64,000 bases of DNA from Candidatus Latescibacterota bacterium (lineage in GTDB: Bacteria > Latescibacterota > UBA2968 > GCA-2709665), in contig OZ244937.1 of NCBI GenBank assembly GCA_965222075.1, positions 4,000,001 through 4,064,000 of the forward strand, given 5' to 3'. The translations under genes and the position numbers were made by a program. The notes under the pieces were generated by a model. It made no database searches. It had not been told where the DNA came from and saw only the letters and a list, made by a program, of their open reading frames with translations. Shown in pieces: positions 1 to 9,424 of this stretch. Position 1 is the first letter of the stretch. Every line of letters begins with the position of its first letter.

Positions 1-1
1 T

Positions 2-631
2 GCCGCAGAATACCACGACGGGCTGGCGCGGTTGAAAGAGGAGATCGAGGGGCCCAGGCTGATCCTTTGGCTGGGGTCGAATGTGGGGAATTTTGACCGG
101 CCGGATGCGGTGCGGTTCCTGGCGCGCGTGGGAGAGACGATGGCGGGGGGGGACCGTTTCCTGGTGGGGACGGACCTGCGCAAGGACCGGGCGGTGCTGG
201 AGGCGGCGTACGACGATACGCAGGGGGTCACGGCCCGGTTCAACCAGAACCTGCTGGCCCGGATCAACCGGGAGCTGGGTGGGCAGTTTGACCTGGCGCG
301 CTTCCAGCACCGTGCGGTTTACAAAGAGGCCGAAGGGCGAGTGGAGATCCACCAGGTGAGCACCTGCGCGCAGACAGTTGCGATCGAGGATCTGGATATG
401 GAGGTGGTGTTTGCCCAGGGCGAGGCGATCCACACGGAGAATTCATACAAGTATTCGATTGCAGAGATCGACGCCTTGGCCAAGGGAGCCGGGCTGGAGG
501 TGGAACGGCGGTGGTTTGACAGCGAGCGGCGGTTTGGGTTGAATATGTTGAAACGCAACCATGGGAATACAGGTGGACACAGATCGGCTGATCGTTGGTA
601 CCTGAATGTTCAGCCGCGATTTTATCAATGA
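2..631 (+). CDS. egtD: L-histidine N-alpha-methyltransferase (EgtD), 5'-truncated by window edge
   Basis: Motifs LGSNVGNF, GTDLRKD..LEAAYDD.QGVTARFNQNLL.RINRELG and IHTENSYKY; frame is open from position 2. Confidence 0.9.
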   Translation, partial: AAEYHDGLARLKEEIEGPRLILWLGSNVGNFDRPDAVRFLARVGETMAGGDRFLVGTDLRKDRAVLEAAYDDTQGVTARFNQNLLARINRELGGQFDLARFQHRAVYKEAEGRVEIHQVSTCAQTVAIEDLDMEVVFAQGEAIHTENSYKYSIAEIDALAKGAGLEVERRWFDSERRFGLNMLKRNHGNTGGHRSADRWYLNVQPRFYQ

Positions 632-1305
632 GACCAGCACTGGCGTTTGACAGGGTTTCCAAGGTCTACGATACGTTTGGCAGCAGCAGCCGGTTTGCGC
701 TGCGGGAGGTTTCGTTTGCAGTCCCGGAGGGACGGAAGGTGGCGGTTGTGGGGCGCAGCGGGAGCGGGAAGTCGACGCTTTTGCACTTAGCCGCGGGGAT
801 TGACGTGCCCACAAAGGGGGAGGTCCGGGTTCTGGACCGGGACTTAGGGGAACTGTCGGAAGAGACGCGGACCCTGCTTCGGCGGGACGAGATGGGGCTG
901 GTCTTCCAGTTTTTCTACCTGATGCCCCACCTGTCGGTGCGGGACAACGTGGCGCTTCCGGCGCTGATTGCGGGAGAGCGCCCGGTCGATTACGGGCCAA
1001 GAGTGCACGGACTGCTGGAGCGAGTGGGGCTGGCCGACCGGGCGGAGGATGCGGTGGAGAAGCTTTCGGGGGGGGAGATGCAGCGGGTGGCGATCTGCCG
1101 GGCGCTGCTGCGCCGGCCGAGGCTGCTGCTGGCGGATGAGCCCACCGGGAATTTGGACGACGAGAACGGGCAGATGGTGATGGACCTGATGCTGGCCTTG
1201 GCGTCGGAAGAGGGGACGACGCTGCTGTATGTGACCCACAGCCGGGAGTTTGCCGCCTTAGCCGACGAGATCTGGGAGCTTCACAGTGGCGTGTTGGAAA
1301 GATAA
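628..1305 (+). CDS. ABC transporter ATP-binding protein (LolD/AttE-like)
   Basis: Walker A GRSGSGKST, LSGGEMQRVAI, LLADEPTGNLD; ATGA overlap with the egtD stop. Confidence 0.93.
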   Translation: MRPALAFDRVSKVYDTFGSSSRFALREVSFAVPEGRKVAVVGRSGSGKSTLLHLAAGIDVPTKGEVRVLDRDLGELSEETRTLLRRDEMGLVFQFFYLMPHLSVRDNVALPALIAGERPVDYGPRVHGLLERVGLADRAEDAVEKLSGGEMQRVAICRALLRRPRLLLADEPTGNLDDENGQMVMDLMLALASEEGTTLLYVTHSREFAALADEIWELHSGVLER

Positions 1306-1334
1306 AAACAACTGAACGCTGATCCGGAGGCGAG

Positions 1335-3859
1335 GTGACCTGGTACTTTTTAAAGGCGCTTTTGATGCACGTTCGGGAGGGGCGGAGCCTCTATTTTTTG
1401 ACGGTGTTCGGAGTGGCGCTGGGGGTAGCGGCGGTGCTGTCGATTCAGATTATCAACCGGAATGCACTGGCCGCGTTTGAAGGGAGCGTAGCGGCGGTGA
1501 GCGGGGAGGCGGATTTCAGCGTGCTGGGGCGGACGCCCACGTTTTCCGAGGCGCTCTACGCCGAGGTCTTAGCCCAGGAGGGGGTGGCCGCAGCCTGGCC
1601 GCTCTACCGGGTGGAGGTGGCGCTTGCGGGTCGGGAGGCGTTTTTTTTGGAGGTGCTGGGGGTCGATTTCTTCGCACCGATGCGGGTGCCCTGGAAGGGG
1701 GCGCCGGGGGAGACGTCGGCGGCGCTTTTTCGGCCTGGGTGGGCGGCGGTGACGCCGGCGATAGCGGGGGCGATGGGGTGGGAGGTGGGGGATTCGGTGG
1801 AGGTGTCGAGCGGGTCGCAGCGGGTGTGGTTGGTGGTGGGGGCGCTGGTGGATTTTCAGGCGCTGAGTCCGCTGGCCAGCTCCAGGCTGGTGGTGATGGA
1901 TATTGCGCAGGCGCAGAGCCTGCTGGGACGGCGGGGGGAGCTTCACCAGATCGATGTGCAGGCGGGGAAGGGAGTGGACCGGGACGCGCTGATGGACCGG
2001 CTGCAGGACCGGCTGGGTGAGGGGGTGCGGGTGATGACGCCAAAGCAGCGGGAGCAGCAGGCCGTGGGACTGTTGGAGGCGTTTCGGCTGAATCTGACGG
2101 CGATGAGCCTGATCAGCCTGTTTGTGGGGATGTTTTTGGTTTACAGCAGTACGCAGGCCTCGCTGGTGCGGCGGCGGGCGGAGTTCGGGCTGCTCCGGTC
2201 GCTGGGGGCCACGCGGGGGCAGGTGCTGGTGTTGATTCTGGGGGAGGTGGTTCTCTTAGGCGTTCTGGGCGTTCTGTTGGGGTTGCCGATGGGGTACTGG
2301 GCGGCGGAGTCGAATGTGGCGATGGTCAGCGCCACGCTGGCGAACCTCTATCTGTTGGAGGAGATTTCGTCGCTGCAGATGCCCCTGTGGCTGTACGGTC
2401 TGGCGGGGTTGATCGGCATTGGCGGGGCGATGGGGGGGGCGCTGTTACCGGCGCTGGATATGAGCCGGCGGGATACCCGGTCGCTGCTTGCGGCTTTTAC
2501 CCTGCACGAGAAGATCGGCACTCTGGCCCCCCGCCTGTTTGCGATTGGGGTCTCTTTTTTGCTCCTTTCCGGGGTCTGGTACTGGATATGGGGGCAGGCG
2601 TGGCGCCTTCGGGGTTCGTGCTGGGCATCGCCCTGCTGATCGGGCTTCCGCTATTGACCCCGTTTGTGATTCAGCAGGCCTGCGGACGGATTCGGATCCG
2701 GGGGTTCGGGCTGGGGTACAGTTTGAAGGGGCTGGGGGTGCGGCTGCAAACGAGTGCTTTTGCGGTGGCTTCGCTGGGGATTGCGGTGAGTATGCTGATC
2801 GGGATTACGCTGATGATCGGGAGCTTCCGGCAGACGCTGGAGGTGTGGGTGGCCACGTCAATTCAGGCCGATATTTATATTTCACCGCAGTCGTGGCGGG
2901 GGAAGGGGAATGAGGCGTTCTTAGAACCGGCGCTGGCAGGGGCGCTGGCCGGCCATCCAGGGGTTGTGGCGGTTGACCGGCTGCGGGGGTTCCTGGCCTA
3001 TACAGGGGAGCAGCGGATCGTCCTGGCCGGGGTGGAGATGGGGCTGCCTGGAGGAGAAGCCCGGTTTCCGCTCCTGGACGGGGACAGGCAGGAAGCTTTC
3101 CGGCAGGTCCACGAGGGAGAGGCGGTGTTGATCGGAGAGACGCTGGCGCGCAAGGCGGGGGTGTGGGCGGGGGATGAGCTGCCGGTGTACGGCCCGGAGG
3201 GGGAGTTGCGGTTTCCGGTTGCAGGGGTGTATTACGATTACAGCACGGAGGGGGGGGCGGCGGTGATGGACCTGCGGACACTGGCGCGGCATTTTGGGCC
3301 CGGGCCGGTCAACAGCGTGGCGCTTTACCTGGCGCCGGGGAGGGACGCGGAGCAGGTGGTGGACGAACTGAAGGCCCGCTTCCCGGGAGCGCCGCTTGAT
3401 ATCCGGAGCAACCGCCGGCTCCGGGAGGAGGTGTTCAAGGTTTTCGACCAGACCTTTGCTGTGACCCGGATCCTGCAGGGGATGAGCCTGCTGATTGCAG
3501 TGTGCGGGATTGCGCTGATGCTGCTGGTGCTGGCCCGGGAGCAGGTGTCGGAGCTGGCGCTGTACCGCGCGGTGGGGGCGCGACGCCGGCAGATTTTCGG
3601 GATTTTTGTGGGCAAGGGGATGGGGATGGGGATGCTGGGCCTGGCGCTGGGCCTGGTGGGGGGCGTGGCCCTGGCAGGGGTGTTGATTTTTGTAATCAAT
3701 CGGGCGTATTTCGGGTGGACGATCCAGGTTTACTGGCCCTGGGGACCAGTCTTGCAGCAGGCGGCTACCATTCTGGGCGCGGCGGTCCTGGCAAGCCTCT
3801 ACCCGGCCCTGCGGGCGAGCCAGACGCCGGCGACCGAGCTGAGCCGGGACGATGTGTGA
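1335..3859 (+). pseudogene. FtsX/MacB-type double-domain ABC permease (AttF/G-like), frameshifted near 2600-2610 (real or sequencing error)
   Basis: ORF 1335-2639 (GVALGVAAVLSIQ, RRAEFGLLRSLGA) continues in another frame from SGFVLGIALL to 3859 (SIQADIYI, ELALYRAVGA). Confidence 0.8.
3779..3844 (+). repeat. 66-bp diverged direct repeat, copy 1 (permease 3' end)
   Basis: 53/66 nt identical to 9349-9414 by manual alignment. Confidence 0.9.
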
Positions 3860-3888
3860 CGTGTGGATGTGATCCAGGCGCTGACCGA

Positions 3889-3945
3889 TTATCACACGCG
3901 TCTTAACCGTCCAACACTCGAGGAATAAGCATGTCTGAACTTCCA
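3889..3945 (+). repeat. 57-bp diverged direct repeat, copy 1 (orphan copy of the phyH1/phyH2 junction)
   Basis: 52/57 nt identical to 7825-7881. Confidence 0.92.
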
Positions 3946-4364
3946 TCTCTTCCATGCGAGAGATGAAATTCCTCTCCGCTTGCCAATCGCAGAGGTACCC
4001 TGTGTTGTTCTCGGCGTTTCTGATAGATTTCAAAAAGCGCACCTTCAGCTTCATTAAAAGAGGCAATCGCTTGGTTCCACATTTTGGAACGATATGCTCT
4101 TATAGTGCGAATCGCTATATCAGACAAGGCATAATGGGTCCGCGGGCTGTTTGTGGGTAGGGTAAGGTCGTCAGGGTTCCGAACGACAAGGCCTGCCTGC
4201 TCAAATCTTCGGTGCTTGATATTATGCATCCATAGAAGCGGAACAGCGCGGTTTTGTTTAACTGCATCTTCATCTGTAAGAAATGGTCGAGCGTGAAAGG
4301 CTACCACCGGGCCTGTAGACACTTCCAATCCGTGCTGTTGTAGCGTACCGGTCCAGCTATCCAC
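3946..4364 (-). pseudogene. Fused fragments of a BsuBI/PstI-type methyltransferase and restriction endonuclease
   Basis: GLEVSTGPVVAF..VPLLW (MTase C-terminal part) joined to QAGLVVRNPDDLTLPTNSPRTHY..VPLRLASGEEFHLSHG (REase N-terminal part). Confidence 0.7.
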
Positions 4365-4597
4365 TTTTCTGTAACTCTGCCCGATAGCAGTAACAACTCG
4401 TCAAGATCGCAGTCCAAAACCTTTGTTAGACGTAGGATTAACGATTCAGATGGCAGAATTTTTCCAGCCTCGATTCGTGAAAAGTGGGCCGGATCAACTC
4501 CCACAGCGGATGAGAGTGACCGTAAGCTGATTTTTTTACGCCTTCTGAGGAGACGCATATATTCGCCACCGAGACCTACCGAGGGGGCTATCCGCAT
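4301..4597 (-). pseudogene. XRE-family HTH (RM controller or MTase N-terminus), truncated
   Basis: RLLRRRKKISLRSLSSAVGVDPAHFSRIEAGKILPS HTH_3 pattern; start uncertain. Confidence 0.7.
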
Positions 4598-4786
4598 GCT
4601 GCTTTCGAATGACAGCCATAAGGATGATGACATAATTTGGCAGGTACGTTCTACAACACGGTCACCATAGAAATTTCCAAACTCGGTTTTGAGTATTGGA
4701 AAAACGCAAAAGGTTCCCACGAAAAGAGGAGCGCGAAGTCGCCGCGATTCAGGGCGTCATTTTGAGACTTTCCCAGGAGGAACACC

Positions 4787-5056
4787 ATGACACAAACAAC
4801 CGAAAACGTAATACTCACAATTGAGCACGGCGTGTTTTACAGCAAAGAGGGCTTTGTGAGCGGCACCCCCATTTTCGTGGGGACCCGTGTGCCACTGAAG
4901 AATCTGTTTGATTATCTGGCGGGTGGGCACAATCTGGACGAATTTCTGGACGATTTCCCGGGTGTAAGCCGCGAGCAGGCAATAAGGACGCTTGATATGG
5001 CGAGGGAAGTCCTGGAGAGCATTGCTTATGAGACTGCTCAGTGCCAATGCAGCTAA
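4787..5056 (+). CDS. DUF433 antitoxin
   Basis: SGTPIFVGTRVP..LFDYL..G..LDEFLDDFPGVSREQ; AGGAGG RBS. Confidence 0.85.
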   Translation: MTQTTENVILTIEHGVFYSKEGFVSGTPIFVGTRVPLKNLFDYLAGGHNLDEFLDDFPGVSREQAIRTLDMAREVLESIAYETAQCQCS

Positions 5057-5150
5057 GAAGCCTGTTAGTTGGGCATGACGTTTGGACAGTAAGGTACATG
5101 GGATGGAGCAGCAAGAGCAATGGCGAACTCCTGGCATTCGCCAGCAGGAA
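5028..5150 (+). pseudogene. DUF5615 PIN-like toxin remnant
   Basis: MRLL then frameshift to VPMQLRSLLVGHDVWTVRYMGWSSKSNGELLAFA; catalytic LDE segment missing. Confidence 0.75.
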
Positions 5151-5454
5151 CGGGACGGCGTCTATCAGAAGTATCTCTTTGCGCCTGAGTCCAACGTAGC
5201 GGTCTCGTTCGATACCGCCTTCTCGTTCCAGGCCGGTATGTACCGGGATCAACAGCGTTATCGCGGCCGCTGGAAACCGCGGAAGCACTTTTCAGGTTCG
5301 GACCACGTTCCCGCCTTTGACGGCGCCGAAGACGGCGCGGACTATTGGTGCCCTTTGGGAGCGGGCGAGCGAGGGTAAGGGTCTGTTCGTTGTCGCGGAG
5401 AAAATGGTTGATGGAAAGGACGTGCGTGGGCAGTTGATTCGACACCTATCCTGA
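5140..5454 (+). pseudogene. Type III restriction (Res)-like helicase/nuclease C-terminal fragments
   Basis: YRGRWKPRKHF..DHVPAFDG, then another frame TIGALWERASEGKGLFVVAEK; family recalled, not searched. Confidence 0.55.
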
Positions 5455-5499
5455 AAAAACACCCTCAAAGCATGCGCTCATCCAACCGGGGAGTGATCT

Positions 5500-6957
5500 A
5501 TGGGCATCTTGCACGGACATATTATTGACAGTGCGACCGGCGAGCAAATCAGCGCCAAAGTTCACGTACTGACATCCGATGGCCATTTTTCCAATCCACG
5601 CCAGGCCATGCTCAAGCGAGGCCCCGGCACCCCTTTCTTCTTTTGCGACGGAGAATTCGAGGTTCGGGCTGCCCGTGGGCGCACCGACATTCTGGTCGAA
5701 CGCGGCACAGAATACGAACCTGTACGTACGGTGGTCGAAATGCCGGAACATGGCAGCAGAGACGTCGAAATCACCCTCAACCGCTGGTATTACCCCCAGG
5801 AAAACAACTGGTATCCCGGCAATACACACATTCACTACGACGAAAAAGAAACCCGCCCCGACGAGCGCCTGGCCATTGACTGCGGCGTTGAAGGCTACAA
5901 CGTCACTGTCGTCAGTGTTCTGGACAGAAGACAACTCCCTTATGCCAGCAACAAATATCCCATCGGCGTCATGAACGAATTCACCACTGCACATCACGTA
6001 CTCGACATCGGTGAAGAGAATCGCCACTACGGCGAAAACTCACCCTGGGGTTTTGGATACGGCCACGTCATGTTCCTCAACATCCGCAACCTCGTCCAAC
6101 CCGTCAGCCGGGGTCACATCCTCACCGCGCAATTCGACCCCGACTATCCTCCCCTGTGCTTTTGTTGCGACGAAGCACGCGATCAGGGTGGTATTGTAAT
6201 TTGGTGTCACAATGGTCGCGGAATGGAGGCCCCCATTGCAGCGGTGTTGGGCAAATTGGACGCCTTCAATCTTTTCGATCCCTTCTGGATGGACCCCGAG
6301 TACGATCTGTGGTACAAACTGCTCAATTGCGGCATCTCCTTGCCCGCCTCCACCGGCACCGACTGGTTCGTCTGCTCCAACAACCGGGTCTACGTCAACA
6401 CCAGAGACACGTTCTCCTACGAAAACTGGATTGCCGGTATGAAATCGGGCAATACGTTTATCACCAATGGCCCGGCCATTGATCTGAGCGTTAACGATCA
6501 GCCGATGGGTGCTACGGTCCGATTATCCAACGGGGGTTCGCTCGACATAGAATCCAGGTTCACATCCTTTTATCCCATCCACTGCGCTGAAATCGTGATG
6601 AATGGCCGCGTCATTCACAGCGAGAACTATCCCGAAGGCAAACGCGAGGGTGCCACTCGCCATCGGGTCAATGTCGACCGCGATGGCTGGATCGCTGCCC
6701 GACTCTGGGGTAACCAGCGCGACAGCTTCGACCAATCGATCTACGCCCACGGTAGCCCGGTTTATTTTGTCTGTGGCCGACCTCCCGCCGAACGAAACGA
6801 ATCCGCCCGGTACTTCCTCAACGGCATCGAAGACGCGCTCAAATGGATCGACACCTGGGGGCGTTACAACACCGATCAGCAACGCGAAGATGTCAAAGCA
6901 CTCTTTCGCCGTGGGCGAGAAGCTTACGCGGAACTCGTGAATGGAGGATCCCGATGA
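5500..6957 (+). CDS. CehA/McbA-family (PHP-like) metallohydrolase
   Basis: VERGTEYEP, WYPGNTHIH, WYKLLNCG..LPASTGTD, GNTFITNGP. Confidence 0.85.
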   Translation: MGILHGHIIDSATGEQISAKVHVLTSDGHFSNPRQAMLKRGPGTPFFFCDGEFEVRAARGRTDILVERGTEYEPVRTVVEMPEHGSRDVEITLNRWYYPQENNWYPGNTHIHYDEKETRPDERLAIDCGVEGYNVTVVSVLDRRQLPYASNKYPIGVMNEFTTAHHVLDIGEENRHYGENSPWGFGYGHVMFLNIRNLVQPVSRGHILTAQFDPDYPPLCFCCDEARDQGGIVIWCHNGRGMEAPIAAVLGKLDAFNLFDPFWMDPEYDLWYKLLNCGISLPASTGTDWFVCSNNRVYVNTRDTFSYENWIAGMKSGNTFITNGPAIDLSVNDQPMGATVRLSNGGSLDIESRFTSFYPIHCAEIVMNGRVIHSENYPEGKREGATRHRVNVDRDGWIAARLWGNQRDSFDQSIYAHGSPVYFVCGRPPAERNESARYFLNGIEDALKWIDTWGRYNTDQQREDVKALFRRGREAYAELVNGGSR

Positions 6958-7063
6958 CGGAATATGCGATAGATTGGGCTTTGTTGTATACCCTCTTAGT
7001 ACCTTCGTTAATCGCGCGTCGTCCGTACAAATATCAAAAACCTCCATCAAGACGAGTAACACC

Positions 7064-7864
7064 ATGACCGAAGACGAAAAATACCTCTTTGACCTCAACG
7101 GATATCTCGTCATCGAAAATGTTCTGACGGATGACGAACTCGCCCTGACAAACGAAGCGGTTGATCGCCACCTCGACCAGGGGCATATTCGCTCGCGTGA
7201 ACAGCGCCTTGACGGTGATTCGCCTGCCCTTGAAGGCACGCACGGCCGCGGCGAATTGACCGATCTCATCCACTGGAACGAACCCTGGTGCAATCCCTTT
7301 CGAGATATGCTGGCCCACCCTCGCATTGTGCCTTACCTCAACGAAATGCTCGGCCAGGGCTTTCGCATTGACCACCAGATGTTTCTGCTCTGGATGGACA
7401 AAGGCGCCGGAGGCTTTCGCTTCCACGGCTCCTCCGGTCCCGGGTTTGACCCCAACCAGTATTATATTTTCAAAAACGGCAGAATGCACAACGGACTCAC
7501 CGTCGTCTCATTCCAACTCACAGATGTCAACGCAGGTGACGGCGGTCTCTGTGTTATTCCAGGATCTCACAAAAGCAACTATCCCTGTCCGCAGGAAATG
7601 CGTCTCTACCAGAAACATCGGGAACACATTTGCCAGATCACCTGTAAGGCAGGTGATGTCATCATCTTCACCGAAGCCGTCACGCACGGCACCCTGCCCT
7701 GGACATCAGACCATCCACGTCGGTCAACGCTCACCCGCTACACCGCCGGCAACATGGCCTATGTTCGCGCCTATGACATACCCGAATGGGCAAATGAACG
7801 ACAACGTGCGGTTATGGAGCCCCCTTATCACACGCGTCTCAATCGTCCAACACTCAAGGAATGA
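7064..7864 (+). CDS. Phytanoyl-CoA dioxygenase (PhyH) family protein
   Basis: EKYLFDLNGYLVIENVL, DGGLCVIPGSHK, AGDVIIFTEAVTHG. Confidence 0.9.
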   Translation: MTEDEKYLFDLNGYLVIENVLTDDELALTNEAVDRHLDQGHIRSREQRLDGDSPALEGTHGRGELTDLIHWNEPWCNPFRDMLAHPRIVPYLNEMLGQGFRIDHQMFLLWMDKGAGGFRFHGSSGPGFDPNQYYIFKNGRMHNGLTVVSFQLTDVNAGDGGLCVIPGSHKSNYPCPQEMRLYQKHREHICQITCKAGDVIIFTEAVTHGTLPWTSDHPRRSTLTRYTAGNMAYVRAYDIPEWANERQRAVMEPPYHTRLNRPTLKE

Positions 7865-7881
7865 GCATGCCTGAACTTCCA
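7825..7881 (+). repeat. 57-bp diverged direct repeat, copy 2
   Basis: Matches 3889-3945. Confidence 0.92.
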
Positions 7882-8835
7882 CACCCAACTGAAGATCTCG
7901 AACAGGTCAAGACACAGCTCGACACGTATGGTTATGGTCTGCTTGCCCATGCACTGAATGCAGAGCATCTATCAAACATGAAAACCCGCCTGAAAGAACA
8001 GGCCATTGCCGAAAAGCAACGCGGACTCGCATTTGAAGACGGGGGTGCCAAACAGAACTGGGGCGATTTTCGAAACAAAAACGGGCAGGTGCGCGCCCGG
8101 GCATTTACGCAATCTGCAGGAGGCGTCAACCAGCGCGTGTGGATGCTGATCAACAAAGGCAAGGTATTTCGAGACATGCTTTCACACCCAGGTGTTCGCA
8201 ATATCGCAGACCATGCGCTTGGCAACGATTATTTGTTGTCGAGCCATTCGGCCAATATTGCCAAACCCGGCGGCGTAGCCATGCGCCTGCACACGGACCA
8301 GTGGTGGATGCCTATGCCAACGCGGCCGGACCGAACGCATTTGCCCGCGGGTTCGATTACCCGTGAGCAAACAGATGAAACCGATGCCGCATACATATGG
8401 CCGCGTGTGGTCGTCAACGTGGTCTGGATGATCGGCGATTTCACAGCAGAAAATGGCGGCACCCGTGTGGTGCCGAGCAGCCACCTTTGGGGACGACGCC
8501 CGGACAATCCCGATGACAACACAATCGAAACCACAGCCCTCGAAGGGCCGGCGGGCACGGTTGGATTCCTCGACGGACGCATCTGGCACGGTACAGGGGC
8601 CAATGTGAGCGATCAATTGCGCTGGGCCATTCTCACCACATTCTGTGGTCCCCAATTTCGTCCACAGGAGAACTTCACCGTGGGCACAGCCCCCGAAGTA
8701 CTGGCCAAAGCATCGCCCGATCTTCTGTCATTGCTCGGATTCAAAGTGTGGAATGCCTATGGCCGCGTCGAAAGTCCGGCAGTAGAATTTATCCGACCTG
8801 ATGAACAACCATTGGGCGAACTGCGCCCTGAGTAG
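7867..8835 (+). CDS. PhyH family dioxygenase
   Basis: LHTDQ, FTAENGGTRVVPSSH, DGRIWHG; start 7861 or 7867. Confidence 0.9.
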   Translation: MPELPHPTEDLEQVKTQLDTYGYGLLAHALNAEHLSNMKTRLKEQAIAEKQRGLAFEDGGAKQNWGDFRNKNGQVRARAFTQSAGGVNQRVWMLINKGKVFRDMLSHPGVRNIADHALGNDYLLSSHSANIAKPGGVAMRLHTDQWWMPMPTRPDRTHLPAGSITREQTDETDAAYIWPRVVVNVVWMIGDFTAENGGTRVVPSSHLWGRRPDNPDDNTIETTALEGPAGTVGFLDGRIWHGTGANVSDQLRWAILTTFCGPQFRPQENFTVGTAPEVLAKASPDLLSLLGFKVWNAYGRVESPAVEFIRPDEQPLGELRPE

Positions 8836-8900
8836 TACTTCGACAGGAGATTCCAAATTGCATTGCCCGTGTATGGCGGGGAACATTAGACGCAATCGGG

Positions 8901-8954
8901 GCTGGCTATGAACTGCCGATCCTCTGCACACCCGAAGAACTGCTTGGAGATTGA
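8901..8954 (+). pseudogene. PIN-domain toxin C-terminal remnant
   Basis: AGYELPILCTPEELLGD*, resembling the P.ICTPEEL end of a VapC-like PIN family. Confidence 0.55.
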
Positions 8955-8959
8955 TTGCG

Positions 8960-9220
8960 ATGAGGCAAATAAACGACAAAGAAACCACGGATGAGATTAT
9001 CCAGGAGACAAGAAGGATCAAAGAAGCCCTGGCAGAGTCTATGGATTTCGACCTTGATCGCATTATCGAAGAAATTCGAAAGATAAGAGATGCCCACGCG
9101 GCCAAGTTCCAGTTTGACTTACACGCGATCTGCGAAGACCTTCGCAAGAAAGAGAAGACCTGTGGTCACCCCATCGTATCTCTTCCGCCCAAACGTATTC
9201 TTAAAAAGCCGTCTGGGTAA
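8960..9220 (+). CDS. Small antitoxin-like protein, tandem chimera of two modules
   Basis: DEIIQETRRIKEALAESMDFDL followed by DRIIEEIRKIRDAHAAKFQFDL. Confidence 0.55.
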   Translation: MRQINDKETTDEIIQETRRIKEALAESMDFDLDRIIEEIRKIRDAHAAKFQFDLHAICEDLRKKEKTCGHPIVSLPPKRILKKPSG

Positions 9221-9348
9221 AGTGCCATAATCAAACTGAAAGGTCCTGGGACCATCCGGCCGAAGACTTCATCAAGACGATAGTGACCACACGGGTAAGA
9301 CGTGCTATCTCTGGGGAGATAGCTTTGAAGACCATTTTCATAACCGAT

Positions 9349-9414
9349 GCCGCCGTCCTGGCAAGTCTCCATCCGGCGCTACGGGCAAGCCGGACGCTGG
9401 CAACGGAGTTGAGC
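9349..9414 (+). repeat. 66-bp diverged direct repeat, copy 2 (orphan permease 3' end)
   Basis: Encodes AAVLASLHPALRASRTLATELS versus AAVLASLYPALRASQTPATELS. Confidence 0.9.
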
Positions 9415-9424
9415 AACTTTGAGA

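Noticed and set aside
3860-9340. Integron cassette array
   Set aside because: No integrase and no recognisable attC (RYYYAAC..GTTRRRY) sites; genes lie in mixed orientation
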